DNA from: a virus
Virus record (IMG/VR): IMGVR_UViG_3300032180_000001
Span: 120,981-184,980 of that record
DNA length: 64,000 bases
Reading direction: 5' to 3' (one strand)
Shown here: positions 55,328 through 64,000 of the stretch, piece after piece
How positions within the stretch are numbered: position 1 is the first letter of the stretch
Layout: each line of letters begins with the position of its first letter
Made by a program: the position numbers and the translations under genes
The notes under the pieces: model-generated
What the model was told of the DNA's origin: nothing
Seen by the model: the letters and a program-made list of their open reading frames with translations, nothing else
Database searches by the model: none

Positions 55328-55642
55328 AACAGAGTACCCATCCGGCCAAAGTTCCCGCGGCGGAAGCGCGCTCAGCAGCACGTGCTCCGGCTCCGCCCTA
55401 GCCGCCTCCCCGGTCGCATCGTCCCGGAACCTGAAACCACCCTCGTTCCGTCGATACCGATAGACAACAGCGCTATACCCGTCGAGAATGTAGAACTCGA
55501 TGCGGTAAATGCACCGCTCGACGGGCTCGGGGATGTTCTGTCTCACCCAGGTAAACACCTCTGGCGAGTTCGATATCCGAAAGACAGCCGGGTCGCCACC
55601 GCTGTTACAATCCCAGACAAGAACAGGCGCGGCCGGAATCAC
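55324..55642 (-). CDS. Hypothetical protein (probable end GTT T TAG at 55324)
   Basis: 105 aa; zero-frame readthrough would span the entire convergent gene. Confidence 0.45.
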
Positions 55643-55860
55643 CTGGCAAGATCACCGCGCTCCAGCCGGTCAGCGTTTAGCTCGAGAACCCGAATGATCC
55701 CCCACGGCCAGAACGTCTTCGGCCTCGTCGTCCGACGCCGGATCACCTCTGCGGCCTCACGCAGCTTCCGGGCATCCGCCTCCCGTCCCAACCGGACGAC
55801 ATCCTCCACGTACTCACTGTCCATCCGCCTGCCCGGCCCTCTCATCTCATGCGGTCCCAT
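55639..55860 (-). CDS. Hypothetical protein
   Basis: 73 aa, coupled. Confidence 0.4.
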   Translation of the reverse strand: MGPHEMRGPGRRMDSEYVEDVVRLGREADARKLREAAEVIRRRTTRPKTFWPWGIIRVLELNADRLERGDLAR

Positions 55861-55869
55861 CTTGTTCTC

Positions 55870-56259
55870 CTATCGTCCGCATGCCGAATTCCACCGCTTG
55901 CCCGTTCGCTTCCAGTGGCACTGCCCAGCCTTCACGGCATCATCGACCGAAAAAGATGACCCGTCCGCCATCACCGGGTTAATGAACGCGAATGCGCTGA
56001 TCCCGTCGAGGGTAACTATTTTTCCGCACATGCATTTCGCGCCGGTTAGCAGCTTCACCGCCAGCGCCTCAGCGGCCTCGCACGGGTCAGAGTGATTTTC
56101 AGCAATGATGCGCATACCTTTATAATAAGCAGTGGCGTACCAGCCTGCCTCGGCAACAGGAACATCCTCATGGAGACATCCAAGCTCGAACGATGTCGCT
56201 CCGGTTCGCCCGGTCAGATCAGCGGCGGCTATTACTCGGTTCTCATCGTCGGGCGTCAT
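55870..56259 (-). CDS. Hypothetical protein
   Basis: 129 aa, CMCG motif. Confidence 0.5.
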   Translation of the reverse strand: MTPDDENRVIAAADLTGRTGATSFELGCLHEDVPVAEAGWYATAYYKGMRIIAENHSDPCEAAEALAVKLLTGAKCMCGKIVTLDGISAFAFINPVMADGSSFSVDDAVKAGQCHWKRTGKRWNSACGR

Positions 56260-56447
56260 GACCATACTGAAAACAACACCTTCATCATAGTCCTGATAAG
56301 CCCCTCGAAATTATCCAGGATTTTCGTGTACGGCGAACCGTCTCCGCTGACCGACCACGCATCCCAGTCTTGCTCCGAGTACCGCTCCAAGGGGATGTTA
56401 CCTGCTCGGGCTGCTGACGCGTACCAGTCATCGTTATCGCGTGCCAT
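56256..56447 (-). CDS. Hypothetical protein
   Basis: 63 aa. Confidence 0.4.
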   Translation of the reverse strand: MARDNDDWYASAARAGNIPLERYSEQDWDAWSVSGDGSPYTKILDNFEGLIRTMMKVLFSVWS

Positions 56448-56682
56448 TAGCATCCTTCGCGTGATCAGGACAGAAATCCAGCCGCGTGCCGTACTCAACC
56501 TCACGTTCGCTCACCCGGATGATGTTTTCCACACCTGTTTTCCAGCCGAGCGGGCGCAGCCTGGCCCGGACCGCCGTTACCGTCATACCCTCCCCGAGTT
56601 GAAGCTGCGAACCGTAGCGCATCTCCGCGCAACCCTCATGATTGCACATCACGCCCATGTCGGTGAAGCGGATCGCGCTCAT
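56434..56682 (-). CDS. Small Cys/His protein
   Basis: CNHEGC...DFCPDH. Confidence 0.5.
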   Translation of the reverse strand: MSAIRFTDMGVMCNHEGCAEMRYGSQLQLGEGMTVTAVRARLRPLGWKTGVENIIRVSEREVEYGTRLDFCPDHAKDANGTR

Positions 56683-56912
56683 TGCTGTTCCCTTGCCGGC
56701 ACGAGCGAGCGAAGCAGCTCTTCCACGTGCTCCTCGTCGAGATGGTGACCATGATACTCACACACCTTACACAGCCGAACGCCTTCCGCGATAGAAACAT
56801 CCCCAGGGATACCATCGAGTCCGCAGCACGGGCAGCTTCCGGCCAGCCAGCGCTCCCGCACCCGGCAGTAATAGGCCTCATTCAGCCCTCTCCGCCACTT
56901 TTCCTCAGGCAT
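56679..56912 (-). CDS. Double-CxxC protein, paralog of 59717..59929
   Basis: W..G.CPCCG...AEGV..C..C...ELL..LVP. Confidence 0.5.
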   Translation of the reverse strand: MPEEKWRRGLNEAYYCRVRERWLAGSCPCCGLDGIPGDVSIAEGVRLCKVCEYHGHHLDEEHVEELLRSLVPAREQQ

Positions 56913-57189
56913 TGCTATCCGATTCAGTATATAGCTCCAAGTCTTCCAAATAATCACAAGCGGCTAGCTTTCCCTCAAGGTATGTCACGACCCACGCTAT
57001 AAAACGAGCATCGTCCTCCAAACTGTTTTTCTCCGCCAAAATAACAGTTAGAGAGCACCTCCCGCTACCTCCATTATGGGTACGCAGACCTGACGCCTTC
57101 ACCCTCAGCATCCGAAGAGGCTGCCCGCCGGATCCCCCTCCATATTTTTCATCCAGACGAATTTCCGTCGTTATCGTTGCTGCAATCAC
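56905..57189 (-). CDS. Hypothetical protein
   Basis: 94 aa, coupled. Confidence 0.4.
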   Translation of the reverse strand: MIAATITTEIRLDEKYGGGSGGQPLRMLRVKASGLRTHNGGSGRCSLTVILAEKNSLEDDARFIAWVVTYLEGKLAACDYLEDLELYTESDSNA

Positions 57190-58205
57190 TGTTGTCCGTC
57201 TTTCAGTTCGTTTAGACACGTCGCATTTGCATCAGTAATCATAGCGATGGCCGACCCGTGTCGAGCAGCCGTCTCAACAATTCCGGACGCGTTCTTAGCT
57301 AGCATCTCTATGCGCTGCCGATGCTGCTCAACAGTTGCCGTACCCCAGGTAACCATCGTACCATCACCGAGCGCTATCTGGGTATTCAACAGCTCAGTTG
57401 TAACTTCCAGACGAGTCTGCGCAGCTACCTCATAGATCAGCTTATAAATTTGTTTTCTTCGAAGCTCCTCGTAATACGCCATTGGCCCATCCGGATGCCA
57501 ATTAGATTCAAAAAAAGCAACACTCCTCTCATCGGTATTTGCAGCAGCAGCACGCGCACGCTCATACCAGTCGGCAAAATCCTTGCCAAGCCACCTGCGG
57601 AACTTCTTTCGTTCATGTGCATCCAGCCATACGCCTGGCCCCGCCAAGCAGTCTCTATACTTGATAAACTCCGGTGGTGTGGGGGCGACCGCATGCTGCG
57701 GATCATCTCGACGCCACTCAACCAAATTTTCTCTCGCCGTAGCCGTATATACATACTCCACGCCGATAGCCTCCGCGTACTCTTGCCTGATTCCCTCTGG
57801 TATAGCACCACGATCCGGTACTACGCGACCTGTCCTAACCCCCCATTCCCGAATAACACGAGCCGGATGAGCTGCTACGAAATCACTTCGCTGACGACAC
57901 CACTCCCGATGCTGTTCTTCCTTGAGCCTCTGCTCTGAACGTCGTACCTCTCGTGCCGTCTGCTGTGCTGTTTCATATTCGATTCGCTGCGCTTCCCTAG
58001 CTGCACGATCCTCCGCTACGCGCGCCTGCTGACGACGATGACCTGCCACATAAGAACTAAGCATCCCGATAGCAAACTCGCGAAGCCGATCCTGATTCAT
58101 TCCTCTCGCCACAGTAGCAGCAATGACTTCCGGGTCATCATCCTGACGCTCATCAGCTAGCTGAAGTGCCTGCGTGATCCAGGCGGAATACGTGTCCTCA
58201 GGCAT
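57186..58205 (-). CDS. Helical protein with an internal Lsr2-like DNA-binding domain
   Basis: IREWGVRTGRVVPDRGAIPEGIRQEY. Confidence 0.55.
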   Translation of the reverse strand: MPEDTYSAWITQALQLADERQDDDPEVIAATVARGMNQDRLREFAIGMLSSYVAGHRRQQARVAEDRAAREAQRIEYETAQQTAREVRRSEQRLKEEQHREWCRQRSDFVAAHPARVIREWGVRTGRVVPDRGAIPEGIRQEYAEAIGVEYVYTATARENLVEWRRDDPQHAVAPTPPEFIKYRDCLAGPGVWLDAHERKKFRRWLGKDFADWYERARAAAANTDERSVAFFESNWHPDGPMAYYEELRRKQIYKLIYEVAAQTRLEVTTELLNTQIALGDGTMVTWGTATVEQHRQRIEMLAKNASGIVETAARHGSAIAMITDANATCLNELKDGQQ

Positions 58206-58254
58206 TACGGTGCATCCATCCCACGAAAATCCTCGCTGACGTGCTTGCCTGCTG

Positions 58255-58407
58255 TCACTCTTCCCAGCCTCCCTCGCACGGGCAGTCATCGACGTTGCAG
58301 TGCCCCCAGCCGTGCTCCTCAGAGTCATGCTCGCAGGTGCAGTCGCTGAAGCTCGCCGAGTACTCCCACTCGCCGCCTTCGTCATCATCCGGGTCGATCA
58401 CCGTCAC
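58255..58407 (-). CDS. 50-aa acidic Cys/His peptide
   Basis: CTCEH...H..HC...CPC. Confidence 0.4.
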   Translation of the reverse strand: MTVIDPDDDEGGEWEYSASFSDCTCEHDSEEHGWGHCNVDDCPCEGGWEE

Positions 58408-58524
58408 CCTCCCCTGTAGGGCGTTACAATACTCCGATGCTACGGCGAGCGATACAGGCGGTACCCGAATGACAACCGTGAAATTTTCGAACTACAGTAA
58501 TGCAAGTATCGAACAGTAGCAGCA

Positions 58525-59046
58525 GTGTCACTCATCCACGTCAGAGGTGAAGACTGGCCCAGCCTGCCACCCGATCTGGCTTACTACCTGGGCTGGTATT
58601 TTTGGTCACCCTGGGTGCTCGACAACGCCCCGCACGACGACCGGCTGTTCCGCGGGTACGCCGAAATGATGACCAACATCGCCTGGTGGCTCGTCGCGTA
58701 CCATCGCCTGCCCGCGGACGTCGCCGTTGCCTGGCTCCCGTGGTATCACCGGCTGGGGCTCGCTGCCGCTGCGGCCATGCCACCCGCCCCCGTGGCTGCC
58801 GCAGTAACCAGTCCGGGCGGAGAGCCTAGCCCAAGACAACCAGCTAAGCCCGTCCGCCCGATAAGCCCCGCCAGTGCCGAAGGACGACGAGGAGCAATAG
58901 GCACACTCTACCGCATGAAAGGCCCGTGGTTCTACGCCGCCTACCGAGGGCTGTGCTCCAGGTGCGGATCTCCCATCGAGCCTGGCGAGAAGATCCGGGC
59001 GGACGGTGACGGCGGGTGGGAGTGCCGAGAATGTGACGAGCAGTAA
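58525..59046 (+). CDS. Hypothetical protein with C-terminal zinc domain
   Basis: CSRCG...DGDGGWECREC. Confidence 0.5.
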   Translation: MSLIHVRGEDWPSLPPDLAYYLGWYFWSPWVLDNAPHDDRLFRGYAEMMTNIAWWLVAYHRLPADVAVAWLPWYHRLGLAAAAAMPPAPVAAAVTSPGGEPSPRQPAKPVRPISPASAEGRRGAIGTLYRMKGPWFYAAYRGLCSRCGSPIEPGEKIRADGDGGWECRECDEQ

Positions 59047-59055
59047 CCTGCCTTA

Positions 59056-59346
59056 CTACCAGGCGCGCAGAACATCGAGGTTGCGGAAGACCGGCGGAGT
59101 TCCGGACAGCTGCTGGTACCGCTCGGCCGCAGCCTGAGTCTCGGGCAGGGCAGAGTTCTCCATCGCGGACTCGTAGGAGTCGAAGACCACCGCCATGCGG
59201 TAGAGCTGAGAATCGGAGCGATCGCGGGTCACCGTTATCGATCGTGCCGTGCGTTTTCCCTCGGTGGCAGCCCACCAGTCATCGTTAATCGTGTACGCCG
59301 CGCTGATGTCAGACGTACGAAATTCGATAACCTGAACGAATGTCAT
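59056..59346 (-). CDS. ABM-like/dimeric barrel protein (host-like)
   Basis: FVQVIEFRT...VFDSYESAMENSALPET. Confidence 0.6.
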   Translation of the reverse strand: MTFVQVIEFRTSDISAAYTINDDWWAATEGKRTARSITVTRDRSDSQLYRMAVVFDSYESAMENSALPETQAAAERYQQLSGTPPVFRNLDVLRAW

Positions 59347-59359
59347 GATCCTGCTCCTG

Positions 59360-59659
59360 TCAGTTCGCCACCCTGGGGCGAGCATCTCCTACATACTGAC
59401 CGGGCTGAGCGCCTAGCTCGAACAGATCGAAACACGGAAAATCCTCTGAGATACCGCCTGAAAGATCGAGGCGAGACTTGCCGCCTCCCGATTCTGGTAC
59501 GTACTGCACGACCGTAACGCGCACTTCCGCCGACGGCAGCATCTCGAGGCCTACCACCACCATCGTACCGCCTGCTGACCCGAAGTAAGAAGAGGCTAGC
59601 TCTCCGTGTATGAGGTTAATTCTATCGCCGAGCCGAAGCTCATGCGCGTGCTTGATCAT
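59360..59659 (-). CDS. Hypothetical protein
   Basis: 99 aa. Confidence 0.45.
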   Translation of the reverse strand: MIKHAHELRLGDRINLIHGELASSYFGSAGGTMVVVGLEMLPSAEVRVTVVQYVPESGGGKSRLDLSGGISEDFPCFDLFELGAQPGQYVGDARPRVAN

Positions 59660-59716
59660 AATTCTCCCTGATAACCCGAACCACTACCGATCCGGTCTCA
59701 GTATCAGAGGATACAC

Positions 59717-59929
59717 TCACGGCACCAGGGCTTCCAGCAGCTCGTCGAGGAAGCCGGGCGGATCTTCGTAGTGCCGATTCCCGATGCAGCGCCCGCACAT
59801 GAACACGCCCTCCGCAACAGCGGCCGGCTCGTAGTCCCGATCCCTGCCTGGCCAGGAGGTCAGCTCGCTCCCGCAGCACGGACAGCGGCCTTCCCGCCAG
59901 TACCGTCGACAGTACTCGAGATCACTCAT
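59717..59929 (-). CDS. Double-CxxC protein, paralog of 56679..56912
   Basis: 70 aa. Confidence 0.5.
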   Translation of the reverse strand: MSDLEYCRRYWREGRCPCCGSELTSWPGRDRDYEPAAVAEGVFMCGRCIGNRHYEDPPGFLDELLEALVP

Positions 59930-60891
59930 TGTGCTAGAACCTCCAAGATCTGCTTTCCGAGATAAAACGTATAAGCCGGAGGAATTGCCTGCGCTATTTC
60001 CTTCGCATCCATCCAGTCGATTCCCATGGCTACCCGGTGAAGATTTACCTGCTCGATACCGTCCAAGTGATCACCATTCCCCGTGCCATACACCCCGATA
60101 GTCCCGGTCATCTTATCACTACCAGGTCCGTACTTCACCTGATAATATGGACGGTGCCTATCCTGCCATTGATGATTACATGCGACGCCTCGCAACGGCA
60201 AGCTCGACTCGAAAAGCCGATGACGACGAACGCGAAGCGCGAATGACGACCCGCAAAGCTGAACTGGATTTAGCAACGGAGCACCCGGAACATTTTCGAT
60301 AATATAGGGAAGACCAATTGATTGCACCATCTCACGAAACGGAACTACTAGATCTGGATAATCATCACGACCGGAATAAATGCCTTTCTTTTTCTGATGT
60401 GTAACTTTCACCAGCTCCGTCATTGCTGAATAATGCTGACATGGCGGACTGCCGACTACTACATCAAAATCCTGTGCGATAGCACTCAGCTCACCTGCCG
60501 TCAGTTTCGTAAAATCAGCCTTCCAGAACTCAAATGGATAGTGTGGTTGCGGGTCAATGTCCATCCCGGTCACCTCAAACCCAGCCATATGGTAACCCAT
60601 TGAAGCCCCGCCAGCCTTACAGCAGATGTCCAGGAGCTTCTTCGCACTACTCCTAGCACCTGTCGCGCTCGACGACATTTTCGGCACTGACTCCGAAAAT
60701 CCACGCTCACGCTGAGCACACCCGCACGAACGGGTATGCCCGGTCCTGAGATGCTCTACTGACACAGCAACCTCGTTGCCGCACTTGCAACGACATATAG
60801 CCATCCAGCGGGTCGTGCGTACCTCACGAATCACCGTAAGCCTGCCGAACCGGTTACCCGGGTATACCTGATACTCTCGCGGACGCGCCAT
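59926..60891 (-). CDS. C5-cytosine DNA methyltransferase (copy 2) fused to an HNH-type N-terminal Cys domain
   Basis: FGRLTVI...CRCKCG...SCGC, then DICCKAGG, SPPCQ, IENV, RHRLFE. Confidence 0.8.
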   Translation of the reverse strand: MARPREYQVYPGNRFGRLTVIREVRTTRWMAICRCKCGNEVAVSVEHLRTGHTRSCGCAQRERGFSESVPKMSSSATGARSSAKKLLDICCKAGGASMGYHMAGFEVTGMDIDPQPHYPFEFWKADFTKLTAGELSAIAQDFDVVVGSPPCQHYSAMTELVKVTHQKKKGIYSGRDDYPDLVVPFREMVQSIGLPYIIENVPGAPLLNPVQLCGSSFALRVRRHRLFESSLPLRGVACNHQWQDRHRPYYQVKYGPGSDKMTGTIGVYGTGNGDHLDGIEQVNLHRVAMGIDWMDAKEIAQAIPPAYTFYLGKQILEVLAQ

Positions 60892-60940
60892 CTAGCCATT
60901 ATGCCCGAACGCCCGGGGTTATGCCCCTACGAGGACTTGC

Positions 60941-61288
60941 TCATCCCGAAGCCTTCCGATCTGAGAGCGCGGTGTTATGCGCGTTCACGGCTGCCTGGGC
61001 TAGCTCTCTGGTGTCCATGACACCGATCAGCTCGTCATCATCCGAGGGCAGCTTCGCAACCATGGCGTAGATCGTCCGCCCCACCTTCCGGCCTGTCCTC
61101 CACAGAGCTTCTACGACCGCGAGCCGCACCTCACTAGATTCTAGATCTGCGACCTCCCCCGAGTGACCTTCACCTGAGCCAGGCGCCGGGTTGATGACAC
61201 CGCCCTCGTCACCAGGAGGGGCGACCGGCGGCCCGCCGATTTCCTCCCCCATCGGGGACTTGCTCTCCGGGCGTTCGTCACTAGCCAC
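60941..61288 (-). CDS. Hypothetical protein
   Basis: 115 aa; RBS GGAGG, upstream TATAAT at 61312..61317. Confidence 0.5.
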   Translation of the reverse strand: MASDERPESKSPMGEEIGGPPVAPPGDEGGVINPAPGSGEGHSGEVADLESSEVRLAVVEALWRTGRKVGRTIYAMVAKLPSDDDELIGVMDTRELAQAAVNAHNTALSDRKASG

Positions 61289-61567
61289 TTGTTCCTCCTC
61301 GACGGATCGAGATTATACTCGCAGGCATACCGCGTCAGTGCCCTTCGCGGGTACGCCCCGGACCTGGCTTCAAATGGCAGGGTAAAGGCTAGCGCCTAGC
61401 GGGCGCCGGGGTGGCGCGGTCCCTCGGTCCCGTAGTCCCAGGGCAGAACTCAGCCGGGTCATCACTGGGTGACGGATAGGGAGGCCGCTCCTGCGCCAGT
61501 CGGTCAGCCTGCTCGGTCGTCAGTCGCATCGCTCATCCTCACCTGTCTCTCTTACGCGATCCCGCGG

Positions 61568-61864
61568 CTAAACGGCAGCCGTCAGCAGCACAAGCAAGTC
61601 CAGGTCTTCCGGGCTCGTGTTCTTCACGTACACCGGATCCCCGTCCGTCACGAACTGGAACGGCGGGCGGGGATCCGGCCACGACTGGGGAATGCGAATC
61701 GACAGTGATGTGCCTTCCGCGTCCTGGGCAAGCTGCAGCGAACCCTTGTGCGACGCATCCGAACTCAGGGTGACGGTGCGCCTACGCGGCATATCGAAGC
61801 CAAGGGCCGTGAACACCTCAACGACAGTCCCGGCCGGTACGGACACGGTAACCGCATGAATCAT
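61568..61864 (-). CDS. Hypothetical protein, paralog of 24635..24937
   Basis: 98 aa. Confidence 0.55.
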   Translation of the reverse strand: MIHAVTVSVPAGTVVEVFTALGFDMPRRRTVTLSSDASHKGSLQLAQDAEGTSLSIRIPQSWPDPRPPFQFVTDGDPVYVKNTSPEDLDLLVLLTAAV

Positions 61865-62196
61865 GACTGCTCCTTGTTTTCGGCCCAAGCTCTGTAACCA
61901 TCGCGGCTATCACCGTAGCGCTTTTCCTGCCGAACATCGGACTCTGGTTCCCGGGCAGCCTTCCGAACGAGCCTGATCTCGACCCCGGACCCGGTGCCCT
62001 TGCGGCTGAGGAGCTTCCCGAACTGATCTCGCTCACCGGTGGAATGACTCCGATCGACGCCGGTGATCTCCCAGCGCAGATCTTCTTCGAAGTCCGGCAG
62101 CTCCTGATCGTCTGGCCAGAAGCGAGCCACAACGCGCAGCAGCTCGTCATCGGTGAGGGTAACGCGGATGGTTTCGGCGCGTGAAACTTCTACCAT
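61861..62196 (-). CDS. Hypothetical protein
   Basis: 111 aa. Confidence 0.45.
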   Translation of the reverse strand: MVEVSRAETIRVTLTDDELLRVVARFWPDDQELPDFEEDLRWEITGVDRSHSTGERDQFGKLLSRKGTGSGVEIRLVRKAAREPESDVRQEKRYGDSRDGYRAWAENKEQS

Positions 62197-62301
62197 CTCT
62201 GGCTCCCTGTCTGGGCTCGCGGCCTGTCTGACCGCTTTCTGCCTCTACGAGTATCACTCCTCGACGCCTCGCGCAACCCGTCCCGCGCCAGCTGCTATCC
62301 C

Positions 62302-63066
62302 TTACTTATGGAGGGCCACAACGATAATAACGCTGACAATGGCAATGATAACCGAAATAGCGGCGATCGCCTGGCTGAGTCGCGCCTGTCCGCCTGCCTG
62401 CTGCGATGCTGTCGCGAATTGGCTGTACGTCGACGCGTCAAAAGGGGTACCGGTCACCGATGCGACCCCGCTCTGAGTTCCCTCACCGCGGTCAACACGC
62501 TCCTTCAACTCGGTAATCCGGGCATCCAGCGCTTTCTCCAGGGTAGAAATAATCGTGCCGATCTGGTCTATCTGCTTCGCGAACGAGGTCTCTGATTTAA
62601 CGGCTGCTGCTGCGGACGCCTCACCCTGCGCATTGACTAGCTCCTTAGCGGCCTGCAGCGCCGCGTCGAGGGCCTCTTTCGCGGCCTTGCTCGCCTGATC
62701 CGTCCGGATGTCCCGCTCGGAAAACTGCTGTGAGATCGAACTGAACCGCTCCTCGTGCAGCTCGCGCAGTGACGCGATCGCGGTCGTCATCTCGGTCGGA
62801 ACATTTCGAAGGTCGGAGGCAAGAAGAACGGTGGCCCGGTCGATGGCATCCAGCCGGGTTTCAATGATCTCCCGAAGGCTTCTAATCTCCTGAGTGCGCT
62901 CCAGCCGCGCCGCCGAGATCCGCTCAGCGAGAAGCGTAGCCTGGGCATCCAGCGCCCGGTTGAACTGGGCCGTCGCCCGCTCGATAGCGATATCAGTCAA
63001 GCGTGACGGGTCGGGTCTCGGAATGTTCCAACCTCCGGACGGTGCGTCCCCAGACTGCTCGGTCAC
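62302..63066 (-). CDS. Coiled-coil protein with C-terminal transmembrane helix
   Basis: Heptad-rich body; ends IAAISVIIAIVSVIIVVALHK. Confidence 0.6.
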   Translation of the reverse strand: MTEQSGDAPSGGWNIPRPDPSRLTDIAIERATAQFNRALDAQATLLAERISAARLERTQEIRSLREIIETRLDAIDRATVLLASDLRNVPTEMTTAIASLRELHEERFSSISQQFSERDIRTDQASKAAKEALDAALQAAKELVNAQGEASAAAAVKSETSFAKQIDQIGTIISTLEKALDARITELKERVDRGEGTQSGVASVTGTPFDASTYSQFATASQQAGGQARLSQAIAAISVIIAIVSVIIVVALHK

Positions 63067-63126
63067 GCCAGGCTCCCTTCGCTCACGACGGCTGCGGCCT
63101 TACCCTGCCAGTCTAGCCGCACCGAT

Positions 63127-63828
63127 TCAAGGGGTGCCCTCGACGGCCGTCATCTGCTCGCCAACCCAGCGCGTGTACGCCGGCGGAATCGCTTCGCACA
63201 CCTCCCGGATTCCTTCCTTGATGCGCGCGACAGGGGCATCTTCCGGAACCGCCATCCACGGCGTGCCCATCACCTCGCAAGCCTTCCGCTGCCAAGCGCG
63301 AGAATGCTTCCCGCCATGAATCGACATCAGTGGCGCGGCTCCCGTCGGCAAGTACCCGTTCCTCGTGCAACGCAGGGAGTGCGGCGGGTGCACGGGCTGC
63401 CGCAGATCGAAGTTCCCGGCTTCAAACAGCCGGTGTCGCTCGACGAGCAGATCTTCGAACATATAACCGCACAGCATGACGGGGTCGCGAAGCGGGGCGC
63501 CGGGCACGTTCTCGATCACGTACGGCATCTGATACCCGGAAAGCAACTCCCGAATCGGCTCGATCAGCATCGGGTAGTCATGGTGATTGTAGGCGTTGAG
63601 AGGCGAGTATCCCTGACACGGCGGACTCGCGTGAACAGCGGAAAATCCGGCCATGAACTTCACGTCCGCCAGCAGATCAAGAGCATCCGCCTGAATGAAC
63701 CGCTCCGGATTGAGGTAGTGCGGCTGCGGCTCGATATCCACGCCCCACACCTCGAAGCCCGCCTGCTCGTAGCCGCGGCAAGAGCCGCCCGCGCAGCAGC
63801 ACAGGTTGAGCAGCCTCGGCCTTGTCAT
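63127..63828 (-). CDS. C5-cytosine DNA methyltransferase (copy 3)
   Basis: NLCCCAGG, SPPCQ, IENV, RHRLFE. Confidence 0.8.
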   Translation of the reverse strand: MTRPRLLNLCCCAGGSCRGYEQAGFEVWGVDIEPQPHYLNPERFIQADALDLLADVKFMAGFSAVHASPPCQGYSPLNAYNHHDYPMLIEPIRELLSGYQMPYVIENVPGAPLRDPVMLCGYMFEDLLVERHRLFEAGNFDLRQPVHPPHSLRCTRNGYLPTGAAPLMSIHGGKHSRAWQRKACEVMGTPWMAVPEDAPVARIKEGIREVCEAIPPAYTRWVGEQMTAVEGTP

Positions 63829-64000
63829 GCGCCCATTTAGCACCACCAACCCATAGCGCGCAAGTCTGTCTCTACGAGTATCACCCTCCGAAGTCTTGCG
63901 CAACCCGTCCCGCAGTGGCGCATTCCCGTGAAATCGCGACGCTTCTCGACGAAGACCGGTTTCTTGCCCGAATCTGGGCAAGAATCGGCCTCAAAATCCG

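Noticed and set aside
1-64000. Integrase/att site, tape measure, tail chaperone frameshift, lysis and replication genes
   Set aside because: No supporting motifs were found; they presumably lie outside the window, so prophage versus free phage cannot be decided.

Overview
The whole window is part of a high-GC tailed phage or prophage genome, probably with an actinobacterial host (inferred from GC content, Lsr2-like and host-like genes, and leaderless promoters). Almost all genes are on the minus strand. Reading right to left: (i) an early/accessory region (41.5-64 kb) with many small ORFs, three C5-cytosine methyltransferases, lipoprotein/secreted proteins, and a Ro60/TROVE gene preceded by six Y-RNA-like ncRNAs, four of them with circularly permuted tRNA-like domains; (ii) the packaging and head module: terS, five mini-genes that each begin with a copy of the terL N-terminal leader, terL, an intein-containing portal, protease and HK97 capsid, with interspersed HNH genes; (iii) about 30 kb between the capsid and head-tail adaptor genes, holding a glycosyltransferase/methyltransferase/sugar-enzyme cluster and long Ala/Gly/Thr-rich putative virion proteins; (iv) a head-tail adaptor gene running off the left edge. 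There are three inteins. The most striking pattern concerns the seven in-frame TTA codons I found by eye in credible genes. At six of them, skipping one nucleotide restores the expected stop or reading frame. The seventh, near the portal start, is flanked by synonymous Arg codons and would need Leu decoding or an in-frame hop. This suggests UUA-triggered +1 recoding that also gates the portal. No integrase, replication, lysis or tape-measure gene is recognisable here. All calls come from motif recognition by eye; no database search was run.
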